DNA from: Octopus sinensis
Taxonomy: Eukaryota
Reading direction: 5' to 3'
Assembly: GCF_006345805.1 (NCBI RefSeq)
Contig: NW_021832035.1
Span: 124,001 to 188,000 of the forward strand
DNA: 64,000 bases
Shown here piece by piece: positions 10,864-24,020 of this stretch. A program made the position numbers and the translations under genes. Position 1 is the stretch's first letter, and every line of letters starts with the position of its first letter. The notes beneath the pieces were generated by a model, which worked only from the letters and a program-made list of their open reading frames with translations, searched no databases and was not told the DNA's origin.

Positions 10864-11499
10864 AAATGATTAGTAATATACATTTTATAAATACTGTGAA
10901 TGGAACAGTAAAAATATGTAAAAACTTTTCTAAAGCTCAGCACGTTAACACCTATCTATGTTATCCAAATTCCAGTCATGAAGCTTTGCTTCTTTGTCAG
11001 AAATGAACCCCTTCTTTGCAGAAATAATTCAGCTAATTAAAAAAGAAAGACCAGGAATTCAAGCATAACACTGTTTCACACTTTTACAGGAAAGGGAAGA
11101 GTATGTTTCTAAGAAATAAAGGCACTTTTCACTATAAGAACAGGTACATTTGTGTAAAACCTGTGAAAAGCTATGATCAATTATTTACGTATAATCGGCA
11201 CACATGCAAAATTCCATTCTCTTTTGGTTCAAATGTAATTTCCAATTCTTCCAATAAAATTCTCTTTCTGTTTCCACATTAAGCATTTGTTTGTTACACA
11301 TATTGTTAGTCTTCTCTAAAATATTTAACTCTCAAACAGAAACTGTAATTAGAATTCCAGAATTCCATTTCTATTTGCATTTATTCTGCTTCTCTTTCAC
11401 AAGGTGTTGGGTATTATTTAGCTCCAGCTCAACTCTGTTTGAACTAATCTATGATCGTAGGCATTCTAACTATGACCACCACAATTTTATTTTTTTTTT

Positions 11500-11653
11500 G
11501 TGGCAAGAAGCTTGCTTCCCAACCACATGGTTCTGGGTTCAGTCCCACTGCATGGTACCTTAAACAAGTATCTGAGGCAATAGTAGACTATTGCCTCAAG
11601 CCAATCAAAGCCTTGTGAGTGGATTTGGTAGATGGAAACTAAAAGAAACCTGT

Positions 11654-11686
<33 letters not shown>

Positions 11687-12130
11687 CTCTTTGTATCTGT
11701 TTTTTCCCCCCTTCCACTGCTTGATAGATGGTGTAGGTGTGTTTACATTCCTGTAACTTAGCAGTTCAGCAAAAGAGACCAATAGAATTAGTACCAGGCT
11801 TAAAACATCAAGGTGGTGCCCCAGCATGGCAGCAATGTAATGACTGAAACAAGTAAAAGATTTAAAACCAACAATCTATATCTAGAACTACGTTGTCCAA
11901 TGCATCCATTTTATCAAAGAATGTAAGATGCAAGCATGGTTGTGTGTGTCACTTTCAGAGGAAGAGGAAAGTCAATTACATTTCCCCAGAGATCAACTGG
12001 TACTTATTTTATCAACCCCAAAAGGATGAAATGCAAGGTCAACTTTGGCAGAATTTGAACACAGGATGTAAAAATAGATGAAATTCCACTAAGCATTTTC
12101 CCCAGCATGTTTACGATTCTGCTAGCTCTC
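11500..12130. mobile_element. Degenerate SINEs: family C (+, about 11500-11860) and family B (-, about 11970-12130)
   Basis: Motif similarity to younger copies in the window. Confidence 0.75.
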
Positions 12131-12621
12131 CATCTTATTAAGCAACTTATCTGAGAATCCTGTTCTGGTCCTATTGAGTATAAGAGATTTTGTTGGTGTG
12201 TGGCTTAAAATTTGAATGTAAAATTTGCTTATAAGCAAGGTGTACCTCCACCTTTGTGTGTAGATTCCTTTGTTGGTTCATCAAAGTAGGGTCATAGGTG
12301 AAGGTGTTATTGTAATTATTTCAGAAGCATTTTTGACCTTATTCTGTCCTTTTCTAACTTTTAGCCTTCTCAAACTGATGAAAACCTGTTTCTTTGGAAA
12401 CACAAACTATGGATTAATTAACTGTTAAAATGGTGTTAACATATTTCATGTAATGAGCATGGAGCATCAGAAGGTTAATTAAAGATAATTAAGCTGTGAG
12501 GAAAAATTATTTCACCAAGTATGAGATGATGATGATAATAATCATAATAATAATAATAATAATCCTTAAATCCTTAAAAATGTTTTAGCCTGAAGGCTGC
12601 GGCCATATAATGATAATAATA

Positions 12622-13619
12622 ATAATAATAATGATACACTCCTGGTTTGTCAGTGCTTGTCAAACTGTCCAACACATGCCAACACGGAAAACAGATGTGC
12701 AATAGTATATATAAATAAGTGTGAGAAACAAGTCTACTGGTGGCTTTTCTTGAATGAACAAGATATAAGCCAACAAGGGAACCTCTGTATGAGTAATTTT
12801 ACTGCTAGAAATAGCAGTCATGTTTATCTGTAAATTACACCCTGTTGTCTCAAAAGCAGAGAATATGTTGAGTAATGTAACCTTAGGTATACTATCGGTT
12901 GGAATGTCATTTTTAGAACCTCTTTGATCACAAGTATACTGGATCAGGACTGTTCTGTGGGGTTAAAAAGAAAATTTGGCAGAAGAAAATATTTTACGTC
13001 TAGAATTGAGAAATCTTTCACTGAGCTTATGCCAATAACATTTTGGGGAATGGCATAAATGTCATGACATCTTACTTCAACTTTCTTGAAACCTGGCATA
13101 GCAATAATAATAATAATATAATAATAATAATGATACACTCCTGGTTTGTCAGTGCTTGTCAAACTGTCCAACACATGCCAACACGGAAAACAGATGTGCA
13201 ATAGTATATATAAATAAGTGTGAGAAACAAGTCTACTGGTGGCTTTTCTTGAATGAACAAGATATAAGCCAACAAGGGAACCTCTGTATGAGTAATTTTA
13301 CTGCTAGAAATAGCAGTCATGTTTATCTGTAAATTACACCCTGTTGTCTCAAAAGCAGAGAATATGTTGAGTAATGTAACCTTAGGTATACTATCGGTTG
13401 GAATGTCATTTTTAGAACCTCTTTGATCACAAGTATACTGGATCAGGACTGTTCTGTGGGGTTAAAAAGAAAATTTGGCAGAAGAAAATATTTTACGTCT
13501 AGAATTGAGAAATCTTTCACTGAGCTTATGCCAATAACATTTTGGGGAATGGCATAAATGTCATGACATCTTACTTCAACTTTCTTGAAACCTGGCATAG
13601 CAATAATAATAATAATAAT
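12622..13619. repeat. Tandem duplication of a 499-bp unit bounded by (AAT)n
   Basis: TGATACACTCCTGG at 12632 and 13131; copies appear identical and give the same ORF tail twice in the track. Confidence 0.95.
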
Positions 13620-14054
13620 AATATATAATGTCACAAAAACCAATATTAGTAAAACCTTTTGAACATATGATGGCCAGAGAAATAGTTTTTGGTTCTTTCC
13701 AGATTGTTGTGTGCTAATCAATCGTATTGAAAGCTTTCTTCACCTGTTGCTTCAATCCTAGAAATATTGATTATTGGATTCTCAGACCAGCTTTCTTCAG
13801 CACTGCTTTTACATCCTCTTCCTTCATTTCCTCCTTCTACAATGCTGTTGTGTCGTTTGTAACCTTTAATAGTCTCCACTTTTCTTTTTTTGCTACTCAG
13901 ATATTTCTTTGGTATTCTATGCATTTTTACCCTTACATTCTTCTGTCATTTAAAAACTTTCAGACTTCCGATTTGCCATTCAGTCTTGTTGTTGCTCTTT
14001 AACCATAGGTCAACCCTGACCAAATAGATCTGTAGTCAATCCTTTTGCTACCAT

Positions 14055-14608
14055 CCGAGCGTGGTTGTTACCAACGTCGCCTTACTGGCACCTATGGTGG
14101 TGGCATGTGTAAAAGGATTCGAGCGAGGTCGTTGCCAGTACCGCCTGACTGGCCCCCGTGCCGTGGCATGTAAAAGGGCACCATTCGAGCCTGATCGTTA
14201 CCAACGTCGCCTTACTGGCACCTGTGCTGGTGGCATGTGTAAAAGGATTCGAGCATGGTCATTGCCAGTACTGCCTGACTGGCCCCCGTGCTGTGGTATG
14301 TAAAAGGGCACCATTCGAGCGTGATCGTTACCAACGTCGCCTTACTGGCACCTGTGCTGGTGGCATATGTAAAAGGATTCAAGCGGGGTCATTGCCAGTA
14401 CCACCTGACTGGCCCCTGTGCCGGTGGCATGTAAAAAGCACCCACTACACTCTCGGAGTGGTTGGCGTTAGGAAGGGCATCCAGCTGTAGAAACTCTGCC
14501 AAATCAAGATTGGAGCCTGATGCAGCCATCTGGTTCGCCAGCCCTCAGTCAAAATCGTCCAACCCATGCTAGCATGGAAAATGGACGTTAAACGATGATG
14601 ATGATGAT
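14055..14608 (+). mobile_element. SINE-like family A with about three tandem ~125-bp internal modules
   Basis: GTTACCAACGTCGCCTTACTGGCACCT occurs three times before the common 3' end. Confidence 0.9.
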
Positions 14609-14969
14609 GTTTCTGTTAAAAGAATACACTTCTTTTGTTTCTGTCATTTTTGAATATACAGAATTTGGTAAAATAACTGTTATTATTAAACTGGTGTTAG
14701 AAACATAAATTAACATGAAGTTTTCAGGGATGGTTTTAATGTAGATCATTTTAAAACATGAAGTTTATATCAAAGAACTAGAGATGGCCCAGGTGGGTTG
14801 GTATCAAAAGGGTTAATGACATTCCCACCATGATCATCTCACCTTTTTTTTTTTTTTTTTTTGTGAGTGTGTGTTTAGCTTGTGTAGCCCAGAGTAGATT
14901 ATTCAGTGAAGACCCGTACAAACATATACACATACAATTATATACACGACGAGCTTCCACACAGCTTCT

Positions 14970-15201
14970 TATTTCTTTACTGCCCACAAGGGGCTACACA
15001 CAGAGGGGCCAAACAAGGACAGACAAATGGATTAAGTCGATTATATCAACCCCAGTGCATAACTGGTACTTATTTAATCGACTCCAAAAGGATGAAAGGC
15101 AAGGTTAACCTTTGCGGAATTTGAACTCAGAACATAAAGACAGACGAAATACTGCTAAGCATTTCGCCCGGCATGCTAACGTTTCTGCCAGCTTGCCGCC
15201 T
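14970..15201 (-). mobile_element. SINE family B, full length
   Basis: Reverse complement of copies at 23415, 28029 and 42018. Confidence 0.85.
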
Positions 15202-15366
15202 TCAGCTTCCACACAGTTTTCTGTTTACCAAATTCATTCACCCAACTTTGGTCAACCTGGAACCATAATAGAAGACACTTGCCCAAAATGCTGTACAATG
15301 AGAACTGAACTTGAAACCACATGGATGCAAAGAAAGCTTCTTGACTACACAGCCATGTCTGTTCTT

Positions 15367-15757
15367 TTTACTCTCTTACTTGTTTCAGTCATTTGACTGC
15401 GGCCATGCTGGAGCACTGCCTTTAATCGAGCAACTCGACCCCGGGTCTTATTCTTTTGTAAGCCCAGTACTTATTCTATCGGTCTCGTTTGCTGAACCGC
15501 TTAGTAACGGGGACATAAACACACCAGCATCGGTTGTCAAGCAATGCTAGGGAGACACACAAACACACACACGCATATATATATATATATACATATATAC
15601 GACGGGCTTCTTTCAGTTTCCGCCTACCAAATCCACTCACAAGGCTTTGGTCGGCCCGAAGCTATAGTAGAAGACACTTGCCCATGGTGCCATGCAGTGG
15701 GACTGAACCCGGAACCATGTGGTTGGTAAAGAAGCTACTTACCACACAGCCACTCCA
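15367..15757 (-). mobile_element. SINE family C, full length
   Basis: Near-identical to 8925-9336. Confidence 0.9.
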
Positions 15758-16214
15758 GCGTTCTGTATATTATTGCCACTCAGAGGTATTTCTGAAATCT
15801 TTCATAGATTTTCAAACCCCACCACACTTGTTTTACACTAATCCTTTAAACCGATCCTCCCAGCATAAATTGCCAACACTCTGGGTCCTCTTCCCACCTA
15901 CGTTTCTTTCATGCCGTTGTCGACCTGCAGTTGTTCAAGTTAGTAATTTGATTTTTCGTTAACATCTAATACAATTAGCAATTAGCAAAGTGTCTCTATC
16001 TTTGTGTTTGTCTGACTCTCTGACCAATACTTCAAAGGCAATGAGCTGCTTTGGTATTTTTACTGTCTGAATTTCATGGAAATACAAAAAAAGCTGTTCA
16101 ATTAGCTGAGCTTATGACGCTTTAGTTATGTCTGTATTTTATGGAAACACTAACAGAATTATTTTTAGTTAGATGGATACCATGTTAAAATATACACACA
16201 ATTTGACTATCTAT

Positions 16215-16685
16215 ACATTGTGTGTGTGTATGCATGTGTGTGTGTATGAATGTATGTGTGTATGAACGCATGTGCTTATGTGTGTATGCATGTACTCATG
16301 TGCATATGTGTGTGTGTGCATGTACATATGTATGTATGTGTGTATGTATGCATGTGCATATGTGTGTATTATACATGTGCATATGTGTGTATGAATGCAT
16401 GTGTATGAACGCATGTGCATATGCGTGTATGTATGCATGTGTGTATGCATGTATGTATGCATGTGTGTGTGTGTGTGTGTGCATGTGCATATGTGTGTAT
16501 GAACGCATGTGCATATGCGTGTATGTATGCATGTGTGTATGCATGTATGTATGCATGTGTGTGTGTGTGTGTGCATGTGCATATGTGTGTATGTAAGCAT
16601 GTGTATGCATGCATGTGTATGTATGCATATGGATAAGTGTATGCATGTCTCCATGTATGTGCATGTATAATATATGTACATGCAT
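16215..16685. repeat. Compound (TG/TATG/CATG) microsatellite
   Basis: Alternating purine-pyrimidine tract with internal higher-order duplication. Confidence 0.95.
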
Positions 16686-17499
16686 ATTTTCATCAAAAGA
16701 GACCAATAGAATAAGTACTAGCCTTAAAAAATAAATCCTGGGATCGATTTGTTCAACTAAAACCTGTGAAGGCAGTGCTCCAGCGTGGCTGCAGTCAAAT
16801 GATTAAAACAAGTAAAACAATAAAAGCGTGTCAGCCAAAAAACATTTACTCTTAAAATGACTGAGTCCTTTGTGATATTTGTTCTGCACTGAGTTACAGA
16901 CACTTCTCTGTTACTGACCATCAGAAATACAGTAAACCAGTCATTGCACTTTGGAAACCTTTAACCAATGAATGATGTTGTTATTCAACAATAGTAATAA
17001 AAAAAAAATAACTACACTCAAATTTTTATATTCATTAATTTATTTTGAAAAGTTTTTTTCTCAAAGAAAACTCCTTTTTGGTTGTTTTGCCATTAAAGTA
17101 ATTTTTAACAAAATCTATTGTCGTAGATTGCAAACAAAATATCTTACATTTAACATTGCCATTGTTGTGGGGTTAACTAATGTAGTTGTCTGCACATTGC
17201 GATAAGGAGGACTTAAGAGATTTCTTTATAATATATAATATATTTTATATCATCAAGATAAATATGAAGGTTGATCTCACAAATTACAAGTTAAAGCAAG
17301 GAAAATTGTTTTAATTGTCACATTTTTTTTATATTAATGTATGTTTAATCAGTAAAATTTTTTTCTTGTAAAAATTTTAATCTCCAATATTGCAGACTTC
17401 AAACTGGGAGATGCTGTTTTAATATTGATTGATGTTTTGCTATAAAATACATTTACTTAGATCTAACATTTATTCCTGAAATGTCTCGCATATTTCTAT

Positions 17500-17760
17500 G
17501 GTAACGCACCGATGTATCTATTCCTAATATTGCGTATGATAACATTACAACCTGGAGCTGTAAATAAATTTAGTAATGTATAGGTGGGTAGTAAGTTCAG
17601 AACACATTTTAGAATTGATCTTTCAATTCTGATATTGCCATTCTGATAAAATAGTTTGTTAGATAGAATTCATTTTTTTATATTTTTCCATACTGTCTAC
17701 TGATTACTTTTAGTATACTTCACAACATAAATTTGATTCATCGACTGAATATCAAATTCC
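17500..17760 (-). pseudogene. Possible highly decayed L1/Tx1-type ORF2 C-terminal relic
   Basis: Minus-strand peptide with stops, TVWKNI...KCVLNLLPTYTLLNLFTAPGC, loosely resembles the zf-RVT motif W..IW...L...LPT...L.....C; weak. Confidence 0.25.
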
Positions 17761-18218
17761 AAATGAAAAAAAAAAAAAAACTAAGTTTTTCATTTATGGT
17801 TATAAAGCATCAAAGCATTTCTGTACATATATGTTCATATATCTTTATATAATTTTTGTTCTTTTTTCAGAGACTAAAACTTTTGCTTGTGGAACATTTA
17901 GTAGAATCTCGTACAAAATTCAGAATAAATTAACTCTGAACATAAAACTGAAAGTAATTTATCAAAATAATTTTATGTAATTATGTTAAAGATACTGTCA
18001 CTATGGTTGGAGACATTTTGTTAACCAGTATGAGAATTTGATATCTCATAATCTGATATCTAAAATAATTGGTCTTAGTATATTTTATAGAAATATCAAT
18101 AAGTGACTTTTAGTTAGTCTGAAGAAGAAAGCAGTAACCATAGTTTATGAAAACTCTTTCTCAGAATGCGTAGAAGTAAGAGAATTGAGCCAGATTTAGG
18201 TGTGAATAGTGCTACAAT

Positions 18219-18490
18219 CACTGGCTCGAGAATGAAATTTGCTTAGAGGGTGCAAACCCAGGTCCAAAAATATTTACAAACAAGGTCTTGTCTTTTTTTC
18301 TGCTATTTATTTTTGTATTTTGATCTTTGAGAAGGAACCTAACTTCAAGCTACTTTTTACACATCACTTTTTATTTACCGTTTTCTAAACCTGAGGAAAA
18401 TAAGTAGGGCTGCAAATTTTGGTTCTGCACTCCACAAAAATTCTAGGGGGTGCACTTGCACCACCTGCACCCCCTGTTCCCGGGCCCATG
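18219..18490. mobile_element. hAT-type MITE
   Basis: 8-bp TSD GCTACAAT (18211-18218 / 18491-18498); imperfect CA-starting TIRs; second copy at 33544. Confidence 0.8.
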
Positions 18491-18787
18491 GCTACAATTG
18501 AAGAGTGTAGTTGTTGGTAAGAGGAAAATCTGTTAATCTTAATTCTGGATTAAAGTAATTGAACCTAATATCATGTAATTTAGAAGTTCTTTAAGTAACC
18601 AAATTGTTTTCGGGCCAATCCCATTGTGAAGCACCTTAGAAAAGTGTTTTCTGCTGCAACCTGTACACAGCTACTGCTTCACTATACATACCACGCCTTC
18701 TCTATACATAATTACAACCACTTCTTTATTATACAGCTCCTAATTATTTTTTAAGCACTGCTGCTATTACTTCTCTATACACAATCA

Positions 18788-19434
18788 AATACCTTGGCAC
18801 CATCATTACAGCTACGGGTCAAGGTGAGGCTGACATTAAAACACGAATCGACCTCGCTCGCCAAGCCTTCAACTGACTCAATGCATAACTCTGGTCAAGA
18901 TCTGAGATCCAACGCACCACAAAGGTACAGATCTACCAAGCACTAGTGCGAATGATTCTCCTTTACGGCAGCGAGTCATGGCCGACAAGGGTGGAAGATA
19001 TTAAGCAACTAGAATCTTTCGATCACCTCTGTCTACGCCTCATCTTTCGTGTCTGATGGCATCACTTGATACAATTTGGTGCGACACCAGTGCAAAATCA
19101 CCTCCCTCCCACAAATCATCCTAATGAGACGTCTGCATTGGCTGGGTCATACCCTCCATCGTCAACCAGGAGAATTCATCTACGAAGCAATTGCCCCAGC
19201 TCCCCTTCAGGTTTGGCGAAAGCAATGTGGTGGACAACGAAAAACCTGGCTGATGACAGTCAAGGCTGATCTGAAATCCAACCTAGGCCCCCATATTTAT
19301 GGCATTCGCTGTTGGAATAAGGAGTGGTTGGAGATCACGTGGTTGTTAGCCTCAAATCGCCAGGTCTGGTTGGCGTTTGTGAGAGATGCAACATTGAGGA
19401 TGAATGAAGCCAGCTGTCTCAAGACAAGACAAGA
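18788..19434 (+). mobile_element. 5'-truncated RTE-clade LINE (RT C-terminal half, with stops)
   Basis: Peptides YLGTII..G.GEADIKTRIDLARQAF, KVQIYQALVRMILLYGSESW and RRLHWLGHTL; (CAAGA)n tail; 15-bp TSD CTCTATACACAATCA (18773-18787 / 19435-19449). Confidence 0.9.
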
Positions 19435-20002
19435 CTCTATACACAATCACCCTGCAAGTGAAATTGTGTATACGGAAACTATGCAGAAGCCTGTTAGTTG
19501 GATTTTACCTCTACTTTGTTGGTAAACTTTATATGTTACTTGGTTTTATGCCATCACCTGTCTCTTGAGTGATTTCAGTAGAATCCTCTCTTTTCTAAGC
19601 ATTTAAACCAAGTGAGCAGTTTCTTTCTTCCTTCCTTCCTTTCCTCCTCTTTGTTTCTGAGGTTCTACTTGAAGAGTCATAGGTGCCACCTTTTTTCTAC
19701 TGACTGACTATAAACAGTGCGAAAAGAAAAGAAAAACTAATTAACGTCATTAATATTCTATAACCATTTTCCTTTCTGCTACGAAGTTGTGTCTTTGTTC
19801 TTAACTACGAAGGTGATATTAAATATGAAAATTCATAGATAAGTTTAGAAAAAAATATGCAAAATTAAGTTTGAGTATTAGAAAAGAAAGATGCATTATT
19901 TTATGTAAATCTTAACTGGAGATAGAGTAGGGAAGGTGTGTGTGTGTAAAAAATAATAATTGTTAGCTTAGAGCTTATAAGCATTCACCATGCATTGGTT
20001 AA

Positions 20003-20183
20003 ACAAAATAGTCTAATATTGGGGTATATAAGCCTTTAATTGAAAAAAGTGGGTATTATTACATGTGGTAATTGGTTAGAACACTTATCACTAATGTAAG
20101 AGGTGTAGGTTCATTTCCCATCGTACTAATACCCACTTTTTTTCCATCAAGAGCTTACATGTCCCAATATTAGACTATTTTCT
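20003..20183 (+). mobile_element. TTAA-flanked fold-back element enclosing a tRNA-like sequence
   Basis: Imperfect ~60-bp inverted arms; TTAA at 19999 and 20184; central 20057-20128 folds as a degenerate cloverleaf. Confidence 0.6.
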
Positions 20184-20414
20184 TTAAAAAATTCCTGGTG
20201 AATGCTTACAAGCTTTAAGTTTATAATAATAATAATAACAATAATTATTATTATTTACAGAATTTTCATTCAAAACTGTTCCTTCATTTAATGCACGACA
20301 CCTGTTTCTGCCTCTGTCTCTGTCAAACTCTGATCTTTCATCACATGACACAAGATCACTTCCTCTAATGCCTCCTCTCTTCACAAAATTTCTTTGTCTT
20401 GTCAAATTACTTGG

Positions 20415-20905
20415 TGACCCTGCCAGTGCTGGTGCCACATAAAACGCATCCAGTCCCCACTGGGAAGTGGTTGACATTTGAAAGGGCATCCAGCTGTAAA
20501 AACCATGCCAAAACTGACTTCGCCTGTGCTGGTGCCATGTAAAAGCACTCAATCCATTCTATGGGGTGGTTGGTGTTAGGAAGGGCATCCAGCTGTAAAA
20601 ATCATGCCAAAACTGACTTCGCCTGTGCTGGTGCCATGTAAAAGCACTCAATCCATTCTACGGGGTGGTTGGTGTTAGGAAGGGCATCCAGCTGTAAAAA
20701 TCATGCCAAAACTGACTTCGCCTGTGCTGGTGCCATGTAAAAGCACTCAATCCATTCTATGGGGTGGTTGGTGTTAGGAAGGGCATCTAGCTGTAAAAAC
20801 CATGGCAAAGCAGACACAGTTGCCTAGTGTAGCCTTCTACCTGACCAGCTCCTGTTAAACCATCCAACCCAGGCCAGCATGGAAGACATATGTTAAATGA
20901 TGTTA
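20415..20905 (+). mobile_element. Family A-related element with a 99-bp tandem array (about 3.5 units)
   Basis: CGCCTGTGCTGGTGCCATG at 20521, 20620 and 20719. Confidence 0.85.
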
Positions 20906-20924
20906 TGTGTATGTGTGTGCATAC

Positions 20925-20979
<55 letters not shown>

Positions 20980-20989
20980 CATATACATA

Positions 20990-21165
20990 CTTTATTTAAA
21001 AGCAGCAGAAATTTAACAAAAGCTGTTACTTGGAGTTTCATGTGAAACTCCGAGTAACAGCTTTTGTTAAATTTCTGCTGCTTTTAAATAAAGCATATTA
21101 CTCTACCTCTGGTATTTGAGTACTCTTTTTTCCACCTTGTTTCACATTTATGTGTTTACTCCGGT
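20990..21165. mobile_element. Penelope-like fold-back fragment inside (TA)n
   Basis: Near-perfect ~50-bp-arm palindrome centred at about 21041; each arm begins with GAAACTC.GAGTA, the 3' half of a hammerhead core. Confidence 0.55.
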
Positions 21166-21938
21166 ATATATATATATATATATAAATATATATATAGATA
21201 GATAGATATATAGGCTCAGATGTTTTTCTGTGGTTAAAAATTTTGCTTCTCAACTGCATGGTTTGGGGTTCAGTCTCACTGTATGGCAACTTGATACTAT
21301 AGCTCCAGGTTGATAAACAAGTCTCATGAATGGATTTGGTAGATGGAAACTGAAAGAAGCCCATTGCGTGTGTATATGTGACTGTGTGTATGTTTGTGTG
21401 TGTTTGTTTTGATTTCTTGTTATAGTTGTAAATGAGTGTCATTTTCACACAAGCAGTGCCATTCATTTCCGCTATTCTGCAGAAATATGTTTGGGAACTG
21501 GGTTGGTGATATTTTTCAGTCATTGGACTGTTTCCATGCTGAGTTTAGCTGAACAAATTAACCCCACAGCCTATTTTTTATGTCTAGTACTTATTTTATT
21601 GTCTGTTTTGCCAAACTGTTAAGGAAACCTAAATGAATCAACACTAGTTGACAAGTGATAATGGAGAGCCAAGCATAAGGGGACACACACACACACACAC
21701 ACTCAACAGGCCTGCATGCAGTTTCTGGTCACCACATTTGGCCTAGGGCTATATAAGACACTTGCCCAAAGTACCATGCTGTGGGACTGATCTTAACTGC
21801 ACTTTACTGCAAAGTAAGCTTCTTAACCATACAGCATTGCCATATATGTATATATATATATATATATATGTGTATATATAAAAGTAAGATTCTGGTAAAA
21901 ATCTAGTAGAATGCAATGTAAACCTCATCCACACTTCA

Positions 21939-21973
<35 letters not shown>

Positions 21974-22299
21974 ACAGAATCAATTTATCAAATGCAACTC
22001 TTTTACTGGAACTTATTTTGTTGTTCCTTGAGGGATGAATCCTGTGAGATTTTGAATTCCTACTGTAAATGGATGTGATTAAGTATTGTAAGTACATTTT
22101 GCCTGTTTCTGCCATAAATAATGATACAACAATAGAGCAAAGTTTGTATTGCCATTGGTCCCTATTTTTAAACATATGTTATATTAAAAATACTGGTGCT
22201 ATTCAATTTGAAATAATGCATTGATTTAATATTCTATCCTCAATGGGATGTTGAAATCATCTGAAAAGGAAGTTCATTTCATAATGATGAAAACCTTGA

Positions 22300-22652
22300 A
22301 TCAAGTACATCAACATCAAAATAAATATCAAATGGAAATTGTAGTTGTGATACCTGTGCCGGTGGCATGTAAAAAGCACCGTCCGAACGTGGCCGATGCC
22401 AGCACCACCTTGACTGGCTTCTTTGCCAGTGGCACATAAAAAGCACTATCTGATCATGGCTGCTGCCAGCTTCCCCTGGCACGTAAAAAGCACCCACTAT
22501 ACTCACAGAGTAGTTGGCGTTAGGAAGGGCATCCAGCTGTAGAAACACTGCCAGATGAGCCTTGTGCAGCCTCCTGGCTTCCCTGACCCCAGTCGAACCA
22601 TCCAACCCGTGCTAGCACGGAAACGGATATTAAACGATGATGATGATGATGA
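22300..22652 (+). mobile_element. SINE-like family A
   Basis: Family modules, GAAGGGCATCCAGC motif and (GAT)n tail. Confidence 0.9.
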
Positions 22653-23019
22653 TAACCCTGATTTAATCTCATTCTGTGACATCTCGTCCTGAGATGGATT
22701 TGAGCCTTGTGAAGGAAACTGGGTTAACAGAAATTGTGTGGACATACGCTGGATGGATTAACTCTTTAGCATTTAAACCAGCAATAGACAGCCAAAGTAT
22801 TCTGCTTGTTTTATCTTCAAATTTGCCAGATCCTGCCTCTCACACTTATCCTACAATATTATTCTAAAAATAAACAACTGTGTCACTCAAATACCAAATC
22901 TACGATGCATGATTAATTCCAAGCAATGGGAATAAATAAGCATCGCATTTGACAGAGTAACTGGAAAGCTCTTCTTCTTAGACCCCCTTCGGTCATGACT
23001 GACCATAGGATTGCACCTA

Positions 23020-24020
23020 GAAATTTATACTAAACTATCTAAAGTATAAACGAACTTTAGTATAAACAAACTTATACTAAACTATCACTGTTTGCCCACA
23101 CAAACTTATACTAAACTATCCATGTTTGCCCACACAAACTTTCCTTAAACTACCAATTCTATTGACACCCCTTATTTTCAGTCCAGTGGAGATTTGCCCA
23201 CACAAACTTATACTAAACTATCAATGTTTGCCCACATAAACTTCTACTAAACTATCCATGTTTGCCCACACAAACTTTCCCTAAACTACCAATTCTATTG
23301 ACACCTCTTATTTTCAATCTATTGGAAGTTAGCCTCCACAAATCTCTAATAAATATCAACATTTTCCCACACAAATCCCACTAAATTATCAATTTGACCA
23401 TGAGTACCTTTACTAAGCGGCGAGCTGGCAGAAATGTTAGCACGCTGAGCAAAATGCTTAGTGGTATTTCATCTGTTGTTACGTTCCGAGTTCAAATTCC
23501 ACCGTGGTCGACTTTGCCTTTCATCCTTTCAATGTTGATAAATTAAGTACCAGTTACACACTGGAGTTGATGTAATTGATTTCATCCCTTTGTCTGTCCT
23601 TGTTTGTCCCCTCTGTGTTTAGCCTCTACTGGGCAATAAAGAAATAATATGAGTACCTCTACTAAACTACCAATGTTTGCCCATGCAGTAACTCTACTAA
23701 ACTAGCAATGTTGCCTCCATAAACCCTTACTAAATTACCAATGTTTATCCACACAGACTATTACTAACTAATGTTTGCCCACACAAATCCCACCAAACTA
23801 TCAATGTTTTCCCATATGAACCTCTACTAAACTATATCAATGTTTGCCCATGCAGTACCTCACTAAATTATCAATGTTGCCCACCCACACAGACCCTCAC
23901 TAAATTACTAATGGATTATCCACACACAGACTCTGCCAATATTTGCCTACATAGACCCTAAAAAAAAAAGGGGAAAAAAATCCAAAAGTTAGTATGTTTC
24001 TCATACAGACCCTTTCTAAA
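23020..24020. repeat. Degenerate ~34-bp minisatellite
   Basis: Many variants of TTGCCCACACAAACTTATACTAAACTATCAATGT. Confidence 0.85.
23415..23648 (+). mobile_element. SINE family B inserted in the minisatellite
   Basis: tRNA-like head; GTCGACTTTGCCTTTCATCCTTT core; flanking ATGAGTACCT(T/C)TACTAA duplication. Confidence 0.9.

Noticed and set aside
10470-10943. 157-aa ORF
   Set aside because: Crosses the putative LTR boundary and has no recognisable domain.
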